Positions 39,510 to 48,794 of a DNA stretch of 61,740 nt are shown piece by piece. Below the pieces are notes generated by a model. That model was not told the DNA's origin, searched no databases, and saw only the letters and a program-made list of their open reading frames with translations. A program made the translations under genes and the position numbers. Positions within the stretch are counted from its first letter, which is position 1. Every line of letters begins with the position of its first letter. The DNA is from Candidatus Heimdallarchaeota archaeon (lineage in GTDB: Archaea > Asgardarchaeota > Heimdallarchaeia > Heimdallarchaeales > Kariarchaeaceae), in assembly GCA_015523565.1 (NCBI GenBank), contig WAKA01000202.1, forward strand, positions 1 through 61,740, written 5' to 3'.

Positions 39510-39524
39510 AGATCGATGACGATG

Positions 39525-39827
39525 TTACCAAGTTGTATATCTGTGTTTTTTCCGCTGTCTATATAGTCCCTGCAACCTGCGACCTACAATAACAACTTTG
39601 TTTCCATCGACCATAAACTTGAATTTTGCATCTGGTGCCTTGGAAACAAGCCGATATTCTCCATCTTTGCATTTTACAACAAACATCTTCCGTGTTTCCT
39701 CAATTATCCAAACCCTTCCCAACGATTGGATGCTCTTGTCCGGATGAAATATGATTTCCGTTTCAATTCCATGAATTGGATTGCTTAGAAATTTTTTAAC
39801 TCTCTTGACTATGTCTTTGCTAACCAT
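39525..39827 (-). CDS. rnp1: RNase P protein component 1 (Rpp29/Pop4)
   Basis: Canonical position between rpl29 and rps17; IHGIE...G...ETRKMF...K...F.F...G..L. Confidence 0.8.
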   Translation of the reverse strand: MVSKDIVKRVKKFLSNPIHGIETEIIFHPDKSIQSLGRVWIIEETRKMFVVKCKDGEYRLVSKAPDAKFKFMVDGNKVVIVGRRLQGLYRQRKKHRYTTW

Positions 39828-40023
39828 TTAACTCCATTTCTCTCTTCATTGTTAGGACTCTGGCAATGTCTTTTTTCAGATGTTTTACTTTGCTGGGATC
39901 TTCAATTGACCCACCAGATGCCAATTGTGCGCGAATGTGTGCTAATTCTGACCGAAGTGATGCCAGCTTATTGTCTAAAGCTGAAGGATTGTTCCTTAAT
40001 TTTTCCATCTCTTTTCTCTTCAT
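39820..40023 (-). CDS. rpl29: 50S ribosomal protein uL29
   Basis: LRSELAH...GG..EDPSKVKHLKKDIARVLT. Confidence 0.93.
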   Translation of the reverse strand: MKRKEMEKLRNNPSALDNKLASLRSELAHIRAQLASGGSIEDPSKVKHLKKDIARVLTMKREMELNG

Positions 40024-40029
40024 GAGTTA

Positions 40030-40803
40030 TCACTCCAATATTAAGTCTTCTTCCTCTTCTATTGCTTCTGTGGCTTCTGGAGGAAGCTCTTCCCCAAGGA
40101 TATCCGTATCTATTTCCCCTGTTGATTCCATGGGTTGCTCTTCTTCATCGATGAACCAATCTTCATCTGAACCTTCACTTGGAATGTCTTTGGATGTGTG
40201 CGTTGGTTCTGCAACTATATGCACTTGGTCTGGAAGGGATGCTTCTGGAACCATCACCAATACGGTGACTCCAAGGATACCTCTCTTGATTTTTGCAACT
40301 GCTCTCCCAATCCTGACAAATTTCCTTTTAGGATCGCCTGTTTTTGCAACAAAGCCATCCCTGAATTTTTCAGTTCTTGCACGTTGGGATGTGACTTTGC
40401 CTGATACTATGATTTCAACACCTTTTGCACCTTTTGCCATCATTCTTCTGATGGTTCCATAGGCTGTTCTCCTAAAATGCCTACCTCTCTCCAATGCTGT
40501 CGCCAATCTTGTTGCCATGACTGAAGGGTTGAGCTCTGGATCTTCCAATTGTTCAACTTCAATCTGCACATTGTCTGTTTTCAAAATTTTCTTCACATCA
40601 TTGGAGAGTTTCTTTATTGTTCTTCCCTTCTTCCCAATCGCATAACCTACCCTTCCCACCTGTAGAGTCACTCGCGTTCCACTGGCGGAATGGGTGTACT
40701 TCATGCCTCCATATTCTGCTTGATCTAATTCTCGCTTGAAATATTCTTCCAAGATTATCTGCGTAATTTTATCTTCTGTAAATTTTTTGACACTGTTCGG
40801 CAG
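40030..40803 (-). CDS. rps3: 30S ribosomal protein uS3 (probable CTG start; acidic tail)
   Basis: GYAIGKKG KH motif, GAKGVEIIVSGK, RARTEKF, GILGVTV; frame is open upstream of the TTG at 40752 to a CTG at 40803. Confidence 0.93.
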   Translation of the reverse strand: MPNSVKKFTEDKITQIILEEYFKRELDQAEYGGMKYTHSASGTRVTLQVGRVGYAIGKKGRTIKKLSNDVKKILKTDNVQIEVEQLEDPELNPSVMATRLATALERGRHFRRTAYGTIRRMMAKGAKGVEIIVSGKVTSQRARTEKFRDGFVAKTGDPKRKFVRIGRAVAKIKRGILGVTVLVMVPEASLPDQVHIVAEPTHTSKDIPSEGSDEDWFIDEEEQPMESTGEIDTDILGEELPPEATEAIEEEEDLILE

Positions 40804-40880
40804 CTAGCATCAATCCTCGCGTAATTTCTTTAGTTTCATCTAAACTTCCCTTATTAAAAGAATTAAGATGGTGTGCGCGG

Positions 40881-41510
40881 TTGTTTCACAGATTGTCTTG
40901 CAATCTAATTTCATTTTTAATGTGCTCTCCACACTCTGTTTTTATAAATCTAAATTCCAATGGATATCTAATGGCTATCGTAGTTCCATTCCCACAAAAA
41001 TTTTCTTTCCTTGAAGGGGATCAACTTAACTTTTTCACTGACAGAAATACAGGAATGGCTGTTTTTTCCATGGATGACCTTGGTCCTGAAGTCCTTTACC
41101 ATGACCTGAAAAAACTAATACACAACAGGTTTTCAGATGATGAATTGTCTCTGAATCTTAAACGCCTATCCGTTCATACCATTGTCACATTTGGTCAAGG
41201 ACATGACTATAACGTTGGTGTCTTTGATTTTCCTTCTTCTTTTCTCCCCGAATTCAGAATGATGCTTATCGCATTTAGATTGAAAAACCCCATTACAAAA
41301 GACCCTCGCCTAAAAAATGGCTACTATCAAATTGCCTTGTTTGTCCCCAAAACACTCCTTCAATTTCTCCCCTCATATGTCTTCTTTGAACGAGAAATGC
41401 TTGATTTGGTTTCTTCTTTAACAAGTAGTGGGAAATTCACAAAAAAAAGATTCGAATTACTTAAGCGTGAGATACTGCAATTCCTTAATGCTTTTTCCCA
41501 GTCATTTTAG
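40881..41510 (+). CDS. Putative longin/uDENN-like protein (start probably later, e.g. MAIVV)
   Basis: AVFSMDDLGPEVLY and DPRLKNGYYQIALFV resemble uDENN/longin N-terminal F-D..GP and D.R..RG..Q patterns. Confidence 0.45.
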   Translation: MFHRLSCNLISFLMCSPHSVFINLNSNGYLMAIVVPFPQKFSFLEGDQLNFFTDRNTGMAVFSMDDLGPEVLYHDLKKLIHNRFSDDELSLNLKRLSVHTIVTFGQGHDYNVGVFDFPSSFLPEFRMMLIAFRLKNPITKDPRLKNGYYQIALFVPKTLLQFLPSYVFFEREMLDLVSSLTSSGKFTKKRFELLKREILQFLNAFSQSF

Positions 41511-44500
41511 ATCTTCTTTTCTCTTTCTAGTTATTAATGCCAACAGTGAAACCCCAATCCACACTCCGTAGAAACTGAATGCAAATACAAACCCGTTCTG
41601 TGATTGGGATGCTGTCGTATCTGTGCTTTTTGTTAATGTTGCTGATGATGTACTTGATGATGTTATTGAAGTACTGAAAGTAGTGCTTTGCTCTGATGTT
41701 GTAGTGGATGTCGGTTGTGTATTGTTCTGGTTTTGGATTGTAAATTCATTGTCTGACATGTCTGATACACTTAGTCCCTCACCATCTGTTGCATTGACCA
41801 TAATCAGGTATTTCCCATCTGAAACGGAAGTACTGTCCCATAGATAATCTGTTACTTCTGTAAGATTGGTCACAATTAAGTTCCATGTATTTCCTCCATC
41901 TTTTGAATAATATAGACTGTAACTTATATTATGCCCGAACGTGTCATTGACTTTTGTCCATGAAATCATTATGCTTCCTTTCAGAATTTCCCCTCCATTG
42001 GGTGAGATGAGTGTTATTGGTGTTAATTCATGTGGAACCGTCCCATTCCCGTTACTTATGGTAAATATCCCTGATATGTCATATGTCGTATAACCAAGAC
42101 TGTCTTTTGCCAATAATTTTAGCATATACTCCCCGTCTGCAAGTGCAATGGTATCCCATAAATAAAATTCGCCAGTGAGGGTTCCTGTTATTTTTATCCA
42201 TGTTCCACCACCATCATTGGAATAATAAAGATCATATGTTACCTGATGATTTGCAGTGTCAATTGCTTCCGCCCATGTGACATTGACTATTCCTGAAACC
42301 CCATCTCCCTCTTCTGGATAAAGGATATACGGCTTTAAAAGTAAGTGTGGCAATGTTGTCGGTCGTAATGCACGGGGTAATGGATCCTGGTTTCCTGCTG
42401 TCCCATTGATCTGGTATGGGAAGTCCACATAATTGTCTCCATCATTGTCTGGGCTTACCCAATCACTCCAGAAGTTTTTGCTGAAAATGTTGTTGTTTCC
42501 GTTGTCAATAGCTTGTGACACTCTAAGTATTCTAATCCTTCGCAAATTAAATGAAAAGTCATTCAAGGTTACATTTGTATTTTTTGAATTTTCACCAAGT
42601 ATCAATCCATTCTTGCCACTGTTATATACTCCATTATAACTTAATCTTGTATCATTGACATTATTCAGGTAAATCCCATATTTTTTGCTGTCTCTAACTG
42701 TATTGTCACTAATGTCTGCCTCCCCATAAAATGAATAGACCTTTAGTCCATAGAATGTCTTTGAAATTGTGTTTTTTCTAATTGACATCGATCCAAATTC
42801 AGTCGTGTTAATTGTAATCCCTTCAAAAGCATCTGCAATATTATTCATGTAAATTGTCATATCTAAATTTGTGACATTTCCTGCATATGAAATTCCAGAT
42901 TCTAAATTGTCAACTATTTCATTTTGTGAAACATTAACAAAAGGAAAACTGTCTATGATCTCTATTCCTGACCCAAAACCATTGTGGGATATCTTGTTTT
43001 TTGTGATATCCAAAAATCCATTCAAGTTAGATACAAATACTCCGTCTTTATCGCTTTGGAATATATTATTCTCCGAAATTTGTAATTTTCCTAAATTAAC
43101 GGCTGGATTTTCTACCTCTGTTAAATTGATCCCACTCCCCCAATTACTGGTGATGTTGTTTGCAACTATTTGGACAAGATCAAATCCTCCCTTGTTAATA
43201 AAAATCCCTGAACCATCATTCCTTTCAATTGCATTATGGATTATCTTTGTATCATTTATATCTCTTGAGAGTCTGATTCCCTCTTCTCCATTTGCTAAAA
43301 TGATATTGTTTGCAATTTTGGATTTCTTGCCTGTGCCATCAATTCCATATTCCATATTCCATCTTATTGTATTGTTTGCAATTACAGTATACTCCCCATC
43401 AAAACTTATGCCCACCTTATTGTTGCCTTCAACAATATTCCCAATAATTTCTGTACCATTCGGACCAAATTCCACACTTATTCCACTCTCTGATTGATTC
43501 ATTATATAGTTGTACGTTATGCTTGTTTCGTTGGCTGTGGATGTCAATGAAACACCAGTCCCTCCATTGTCGGAAATCATGTTTTCAGAAATATTGACTC
43601 CTATTGCCCAATTTAATATCCCATCACGACTGTTGTTTTGAATTGTGTTGGAAACTATTGACGACCCAATCCCTGTAAGTGTATAAATTCCGTGTCTTTT
43701 GTTGTTCTTGATATTCATGTTCTTTATTGTATATCCGTCCCCATTTCCAATTGAAATTCCATCTTTCCCATTTTCAATGATATCATCCCAAACGAAATCA
43801 TTGTTCAAGCTTGGATCGTCATTGGGGAAATATGCATACGGATGCATAAAATTGTATTGGAGGTTTGTGGCGTTTATTCCACTAAGTCCATTCCCTATTT
43901 CATCATTATACCCAAACGATGAATATCGAACCGAATAAAGTAAAATTCCATTCATGTCATTGTACGAAAAGGTGTTGGAATTAACTCGAAGATATTCAAC
44001 AGAGCCAGCCAACAATCCATGCTTCTTGTTGGTATCCACCTTGTTCTCTGTGATATATATGTCTGTTGGCTCAACTGAAAATGCCATTCCTTCCACCCAA
44101 ATACCCGTTGCATCATTGTATGAAAATGTGTTATTGATGATTGACCAATTTCCTGACGCACTAACTGATCCATCATCATATCCCGTAAACAGGTAAAGGC
44201 CAGAGAGGTATGTGTTTGATATGACTGTATTGTTTGTTACCCAAAGTTCATTTATCCCAACTGCATCGATTCCTACATCAAGCGCATTAAATATTCCCAT
44301 TATACGATCTTGAATGCCCCTATTGAATGAAATCTCATTGCCATCAATCGTTACCTCCCCTCCTACAGCCACAATCCCTGATTTATTGACTGAACTTCGA
44401 ATTATGTTTCCTTTTATGGTTACCACACCATAATCATCTTTTACATAGATGTTTGAGGCTCCATATTGGCTCCCCCCATCATTAGATGTGGTATTATAGA

Positions 44501-45542
44501 TAAAATTGTCCTCAACAGTTGCACCAAATACAGAATCTATAAACACTGTATAATCTGATCTGCTATTCTTGATTGAATTATTGGAAACTGTTATGTTCCT
44601 TGCTTCATAACCTGTCCCTGGATCAATGTAAATGTCACCAAAAACTTCATCTGCTTTTGGATGATAAACTCCTGTATTATTGAAGCTATTCCCTCGAATT
44701 GTGATATTCACAATATTTTGACCTAATAGGGGAAAACCAATATAACCCCCAAAAATTGCGCTACGTGTGACATTTGTGAAAACATTCCCCTCAATTAATA
44801 TATTACTAATATTCTGCATAAGAATTCCATCATTTGCCATGTCTGTAAATTCATTTCCTGAAATGATCACGTTTTTCACTGATTTCAGCCTAATGCCAAA
44901 TCCCCCATCCCAATTGTATCCTGCTGTATTAGGGCACGTTATCCTGTTAAACGTGTTATTGACGATTTTCACATATAGGGACGTGTTATAAATGTCTATG
45001 GAGGTGAAATTGCATGGGTCTCCAATTACACTTTGAAACCCATATCCTGAAATTATATAGGGATTATTCGCACTCCCATTCCCCATCCATCCATATTTGA
45101 TTGATTGATTTACCAATTCCTCATTTCCGTTGATTACAAACCCCCCCGCAGGAGGCTGATTGATTGAATTCATTTTCATTTGCTTCATTGTTCTCCCTAT
45201 TTCTTTTGAAAATTTCTTCTCCCAATTTTGTGCATGCAACGCCAACTTTTGCTCCAACCGACTCTTTCCTTCCAATAATTCAGATCGAGATAAGACATGT
45301 ATTGCTTCTTGTTTGTCTTCCCATTTGCTTTCAATGCCTTTGGTGTGCATATCTCCTATTATGCCTCTTTTAATATGAGGGGATTCTGCACTTATATCAA
45401 TTGTTCTTCCTTGATGTTGCCCAATATCTGACATTTTGCTTACTGAAATTGTCTTCTCCATACCATGCCCTGCATAAGCAAATGCCATGACAAATACAAT
45501 CAATAACGAAATTTTCACAAAATAATTGCTTTTCCAGTGCAT
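41502..45542 (-). CDS. Large secreted surface protein: parallel beta-helix repeats, two tandem Ig/FN3-like domains, Ser/Thr linker, C-terminal TM anchor
   Basis: Signal peptide; many I..N.I..N...GI repeats; NFWSDW; duplicated YS.DGG.TW...LWD modules; TTTS-rich stalk; TM followed by RKRK. Confidence 0.85.
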   Translation of the reverse strand: MHWKSNYFVKISLLIVFVMAFAYAGHGMEKTISVSKMSDIGQHQGRTIDISAESPHIKRGIIGDMHTKGIESKWEDKQEAIHVLSRSELLEGKSRLEQKLALHAQNWEKKFSKEIGRTMKQMKMNSINQPPAGGFVINGNEELVNQSIKYGWMGNGSANNPYIISGYGFQSVIGDPCNFTSIDIYNTSLYVKIVNNTFNRITCPNTAGYNWDGGFGIRLKSVKNVIISGNEFTDMANDGILMQNISNILIEGNVFTNVTRSAIFGGYIGFPLLGQNIVNITIRGNSFNNTGVYHPKADEVFGDIYIDPGTGYEARNITVSNNSIKNSRSDYTVFIDSVFGATVEDNFIYNTTSNDGGSQYGASNIYVKDDYGVVTIKGNIIRSSVNKSGIVAVGGEVTIDGNEISFNRGIQDRIMGIFNALDVGIDAVGINELWVTNNTVISNTYLSGLYLFTGYDDGSVSASGNWSIINNTFSYNDATGIWVEGMAFSVEPTDIYITENKVDTNKKHGLLAGSVEYLRVNSNTFSYNDMNGILLYSVRYSSFGYNDEIGNGLSGINATNLQYNFMHPYAYFPNDDPSLNNDFVWDDIIENGKDGISIGNGDGYTIKNMNIKNNKRHGIYTLTGIGSSIVSNTIQNNSRDGILNWAIGVNISENMISDNGGTGVSLTSTANETSITYNYIMNQSESGISVEFGPNGTEIIGNIVEGNNKVGISFDGEYTVIANNTIRWNMEYGIDGTGKKSKIANNIILANGEEGIRLSRDINDTKIIHNAIERNDGSGIFINKGGFDLVQIVANNITSNWGSGINLTEVENPAVNLGKLQISENNIFQSDKDGVFVSNLNGFLDITKNKISHNGFGSGIEIIDSFPFVNVSQNEIVDNLESGISYAGNVTNLDMTIYMNNIADAFEGITINTTEFGSMSIRKNTISKTFYGLKVYSFYGEADISDNTVRDSKKYGIYLNNVNDTRLSYNGVYNSGKNGLILGENSKNTNVTLNDFSFNLRRIRILRVSQAIDNGNNNIFSKNFWSDWVSPDNDGDNYVDFPYQINGTAGNQDPLPRALRPTTLPHLLLKPYILYPEEGDGVSGIVNVTWAEAIDTANHQVTYDLYYSNDGGGTWIKITGTLTGEFYLWDTIALADGEYMLKLLAKDSLGYTTYDISGIFTISNGNGTVPHELTPITLISPNGGEILKGSIMISWTKVNDTFGHNISYSLYYSKDGGNTWNLIVTNLTEVTDYLWDSTSVSDGKYLIMVNATDGEGLSVSDMSDNEFTIQNQNNTQPTSTTTSEQSTTFSTSITSSSTSSATLTKSTDTTASQSQNGFVFAFSFYGVWIGVSLLALITRKRKEDLK

Positions 45543-45605
45543 TTTTCTTCGTTAATGTTTCACCAAATTAAATAAAAATATCTTTTCATTTACCTTTTAT
45601 AGTTT

Positions 45606-46136
45606 TTATCGCGTAATCACATGCTTAACTACTGCATAAACCAATCCGAATACATCTTCCTCAGATAACCTGTCTGTGTTGAAAATCACATCATATACTG
45701 ATAAATCATCAATGTCGATATCATACAAGACCTTAAACCGCTGGCGTTCCGCCTCTTCCCGTACAACTGTTTCATTTTTTGCATCTGCAAGAGACCTTTT
45801 CTCTCGTTTCGCAATTCTTTCCCATCTTACTTGTGGTGACGCCGTGATGCATATCCTAAGGTCTGCATGGGATGCCTTGTATGCGGCCAATTGTGCATCG
45901 ACTACTGTGTTGTCTTTTTTTGCAAGCTCTTCTGTTCTTTTATCAATTTCTATGTCATATTTCTTCTCTTTTTCAGCAATCACCGAAAACTCTTCCAATG
46001 ACAGATTCAAATCCCTTGCCATCTGTCGAAAAACTTGACCTGCAGAAACATAATTCATGTCAAATGCTTCGGCTATCCTTTTAGCAACTGAAGATTTTCC
46101 TGATCCATGTGGTCCTCCAATTGCAATTATTGCCAA
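45606..46136 (-). CDS. cmk: Archaeal cytidylate kinase
   Basis: GPHGSGKS, SAGQVFR, DIEID, R..RI..RE, RF..LYDID; follows rpl34e. Confidence 0.92.
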   Translation of the reverse strand: MAIIAIGGPHGSGKSSVAKRIAEAFDMNYVSAGQVFRQMARDLNLSLEEFSVIAEKEKKYDIEIDKRTEELAKKDNTVVDAQLAAYKASHADLRICITASPQVRWERIAKREKRSLADAKNETVVREEAERQRFKVLYDIDIDDLSVYDVIFNTDRLSEEDVFGLVYAVVKHVITR

Positions 46137-46168
46137 AAAATTTCACCCATGAAAGAAAAATCCAATGT

Positions 46169-46429
46169 TCACTGACGTGCCATTAATTTGAAATGTCTTC
46201 TGGTACAAGGTGCGCAAAGTTGACCTCCATATGGTCTCTCTGGTCTTCTTTGAGTCTTTGAAAGCCTTCTGATCTCTACCCTTGTGCCTCTGGGCATTCC
46301 TAATAATGGTTTCCCGCATTCCGCACATTTATGGGCTTTTGGCTTCTTTCTAATGCTCCTCCATACATATTTGCCTTTAATGGTCTTGTGAAGCTTTCTC
46401 TTTCCTGAACGAATTGATGGTCTTACCAT
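46169..46429 (-). CDS. rpl34e: 50S ribosomal protein L34e
   Basis: CAECGKPL.G, RPERPYGG.LC..C. Confidence 0.96.
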   Translation of the reverse strand: MVRPSIRSGKRKLHKTIKGKYVWRSIRKKPKAHKCAECGKPLLGMPRGTRVEIRRLSKTQRRPERPYGGQLCAPCTRRHFKLMARQ

Positions 46430-46621
46430 ATCGATTTCTCCTTACCCGTGATGCGACATGTTAATATTTATACGATTAGGTAGATTCCTATGACGTTATC
46501 CCTGTGACTGTATCTCTTGAATATTTTTTCCGAATGCTCGCGAAGAAACTTGTCATTTCACTTCTACAATATATGGGGGATACTCCCTCTGTGAAAGGTT
46601 CTTATAATTCATCTCTTTGCT

Positions 46622-47497
46622 ATGGATGTGTTAACTGTCATCTTTGAATTGATAGTCCTTTTGATCTATGGCTGGAGACTTCTGGTGATACGCGGTCGGG
46701 ATTTGATGGAATTGCTCTCATCAACGTTGTTTGGTTTCACATTGGAATACATGAATATTTTAATCAACAACAATTATCATTATTCAAAGAATTTCTTTCT
46801 ACAAATTGGAAAGCCTCCATTAAATGTTCCTGTTGCCGTTGCATTGGGTTGGGGATTAATAATAACCTCTTGCCTCTCATTGACTGACCAGTTGGGGGTT
46901 GCAAATAAACCCTTTTTTGATGCAATCTTGGCGTTGAGCATAGACCTGTCAATGGATGTGGTTGCCATTCGCATTGAGGGTGGTTTTTGGAAATGGCAAG
47001 TCCCTTTGGTTGATTATCCAACTGAGCAAGGTTTTTTTGGTGTCCCTTGGGGAAATCTAACCTCATGGATTTATGTCGTCTTTATCTATTCAATCGCAAT
47101 ACGTTACTCGCGAAAACATATCCCTGAGGGTAAAAAACTAGTCGCTTATTTTTTATTGGCTCCAATAATTGCCTATTTGCCTCTTTTTCTGTTAATAATT
47201 GGGTCCATTGCCTTCTATTTTCTATTGGGATTGCGAGCACTTGTCAATCCTGTTATTTATCAGCTTTTACCAATCATGGTTTGTCTATTGGTGGCTTTGC
47301 ATTCCCTTTCAAAAGTAAAACTGCATTTCAACCCTTGCTTAGAGACATTGCCTGTGTTTACAGGTTTTCACATCTACTTTATCGGGGTTTATCTTTATCT
47401 CGACTTACAATCCTCAATTCCTGTAATTTTGCCACTTGAACTCACAATGTTCGTACTTTCCCTTTTGTTGCATCTTTTCTCGGTTGAAGAGAGATAG
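46622..47497 (+). CDS. Carotenoid-biosynthesis (CruF/DUF422-like) membrane protein
   Basis: GFTLEY, VPVAVALGW, IDLSMDVVA, FWKW, FFGVPWGN..SW. Confidence 0.7.
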   Translation: MDVLTVIFELIVLLIYGWRLLVIRGRDLMELLSSTLFGFTLEYMNILINNNYHYSKNFFLQIGKPPLNVPVAVALGWGLIITSCLSLTDQLGVANKPFFDAILALSIDLSMDVVAIRIEGGFWKWQVPLVDYPTEQGFFGVPWGNLTSWIYVVFIYSIAIRYSRKHIPEGKKLVAYFLLAPIIAYLPLFLLIIGSIAFYFLLGLRALVNPVIYQLLPIMVCLLVALHSLSKVKLHFNPCLETLPVFTGFHIYFIGVYLYLDLQSSIPVILPLELTMFVLSLLLHLFSVEER

Positions 47498-47519
47498 AGT
47501 TCAATTTCCTTGAAAAAAA

Positions 47520-48665
47520 TTATTTATTCTGCCTTTTTCTCCAATATGTCCCTGAAATAAACGCAACTGGCACTAACATTATTGCAAACGATGTCCCATT
47601 TGATGGGGTCTCAGGAATTTGTTGTATTGACTTGTCTGGATCCACTCCTTTTATCCATGTCACAAGTTCTCCATTATTTGCATCAAAAACAAAAAACCCT
47701 CCATTCGAAAAAATGGACTCACTCTTTTGTGCCACCAGAATTTTGTTCTCTTCCCAATCAATATCAAACACTTCCGTGAAATTGTCCAAACGGTTCAGCA
47801 TGATCTGTGTCGAATTGGATTGGATTTTTATATCTCCATCTTTAAATCCTACCGCTATTCTGTCTCCCGTTGGAGACGGGGCAATTGCCGTAATGCTCTT
47901 TTCAAAGCTAAATGTCTCAATCTTTTTGCCTGTAATGACATGTACCTGCTGCCCTTCAGCTACAAATAGCGAATTTTCCCTCCATTTCACTTCTACAATG
48001 GATGAATTGAAATCAAATCTCGTGGTTGTAATGTTTTTCACAATCACACTTCCATTTTCTAATCCAATTGCCAATGCTCCTGCAACTGTTGCATCCATCG
48101 TGTTAACTGTAGCATTAACTGTCATGATGTCTGTTTTTTGTTTCATAATTGGATCATATGTCATAATTGTATTGTCTGTAAAGTTGATGGCGTAATTATT
48201 GTCCAGAGTGGAGTATCCCCTTTCATATCTGATGCCTGCAATGTATAATTGGTCTCCCCATGCCAATGATTCATACATGACATCCTTTATTTCAATGTTT
48301 TCTGTTGTGTTCTTTCCAAAATCCCAAATTACTAGATTGCTGTTACTGTTTCCTGAAACAATTGCTGTCCTATTGGGATTGATGCTAAAAAGCATTCTCT
48401 GCAATGGAAAGGGATGTTCTTCATCATAGAATTTTATTGATATATCTTGTTTTGCAATAATTTCCCCTGATGTTACATTCCAAATGTAAACTCCTGAAGG
48501 AATGGGCCCATCATTTGCCACTGCTATCTGGGTGCCGTTTACCCATTGCACAAATTTGGGCTGTATATGATAGGGATATGTTATGATGTCATAGTTTGGC
48601 TCACTAATCACATTTCCTGTAACAGCAAGCATAAAAATCATTAATATCGTAAATGTGTATCGCAC
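47520..48665 (-). CDS. Secreted WD40-like beta-propeller with C-terminal membrane anchor
   Basis: Signal peptide; VYIWNV, LVIWDF, ITAIAPSPTGDRIAVGFKDGDIKI, VFDIDW; TM followed by RKR. Confidence 0.78.
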   Translation of the reverse strand: MRYTFTILMIFMLAVTGNVISEPNYDIITYPYHIQPKFVQWVNGTQIAVANDGPIPSGVYIWNVTSGEIIAKQDISIKFYDEEHPFPLQRMLFSINPNRTAIVSGNSNSNLVIWDFGKNTTENIEIKDVMYESLAWGDQLYIAGIRYERGYSTLDNNYAINFTDNTIMTYDPIMKQKTDIMTVNATVNTMDATVAGALAIGLENGSVIVKNITTTRFDFNSSIVEVKWRENSLFVAEGQQVHVITGKKIETFSFEKSITAIAPSPTGDRIAVGFKDGDIKIQSNSTQIMLNRLDNFTEVFDIDWEENKILVAQKSESIFSNGGFFVFDANNGELVTWIKGVDPDKSIQQIPETPSNGTSFAIMLVPVAFISGTYWRKRQNK

Positions 48666-48794
48666 TATAGACCTCCCTCACTTTTCACCTTTATTGCCAA
48701 ATACATTCTATTTCCTCAATTCCCTAAATCGGATTATAACCTTAAATATCTAACGTATGACTTTCCCCATAAATATTCTTTAACTTTATTTCAA

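Noticed and set aside
46495-46507. Minus-strand CACAGGGATAAC, like the LSU rRNA peptidyl-transferase region, upstream of rpl34e
   Set aside because: Only 12 nt with non-matching flanks; compatible with chance
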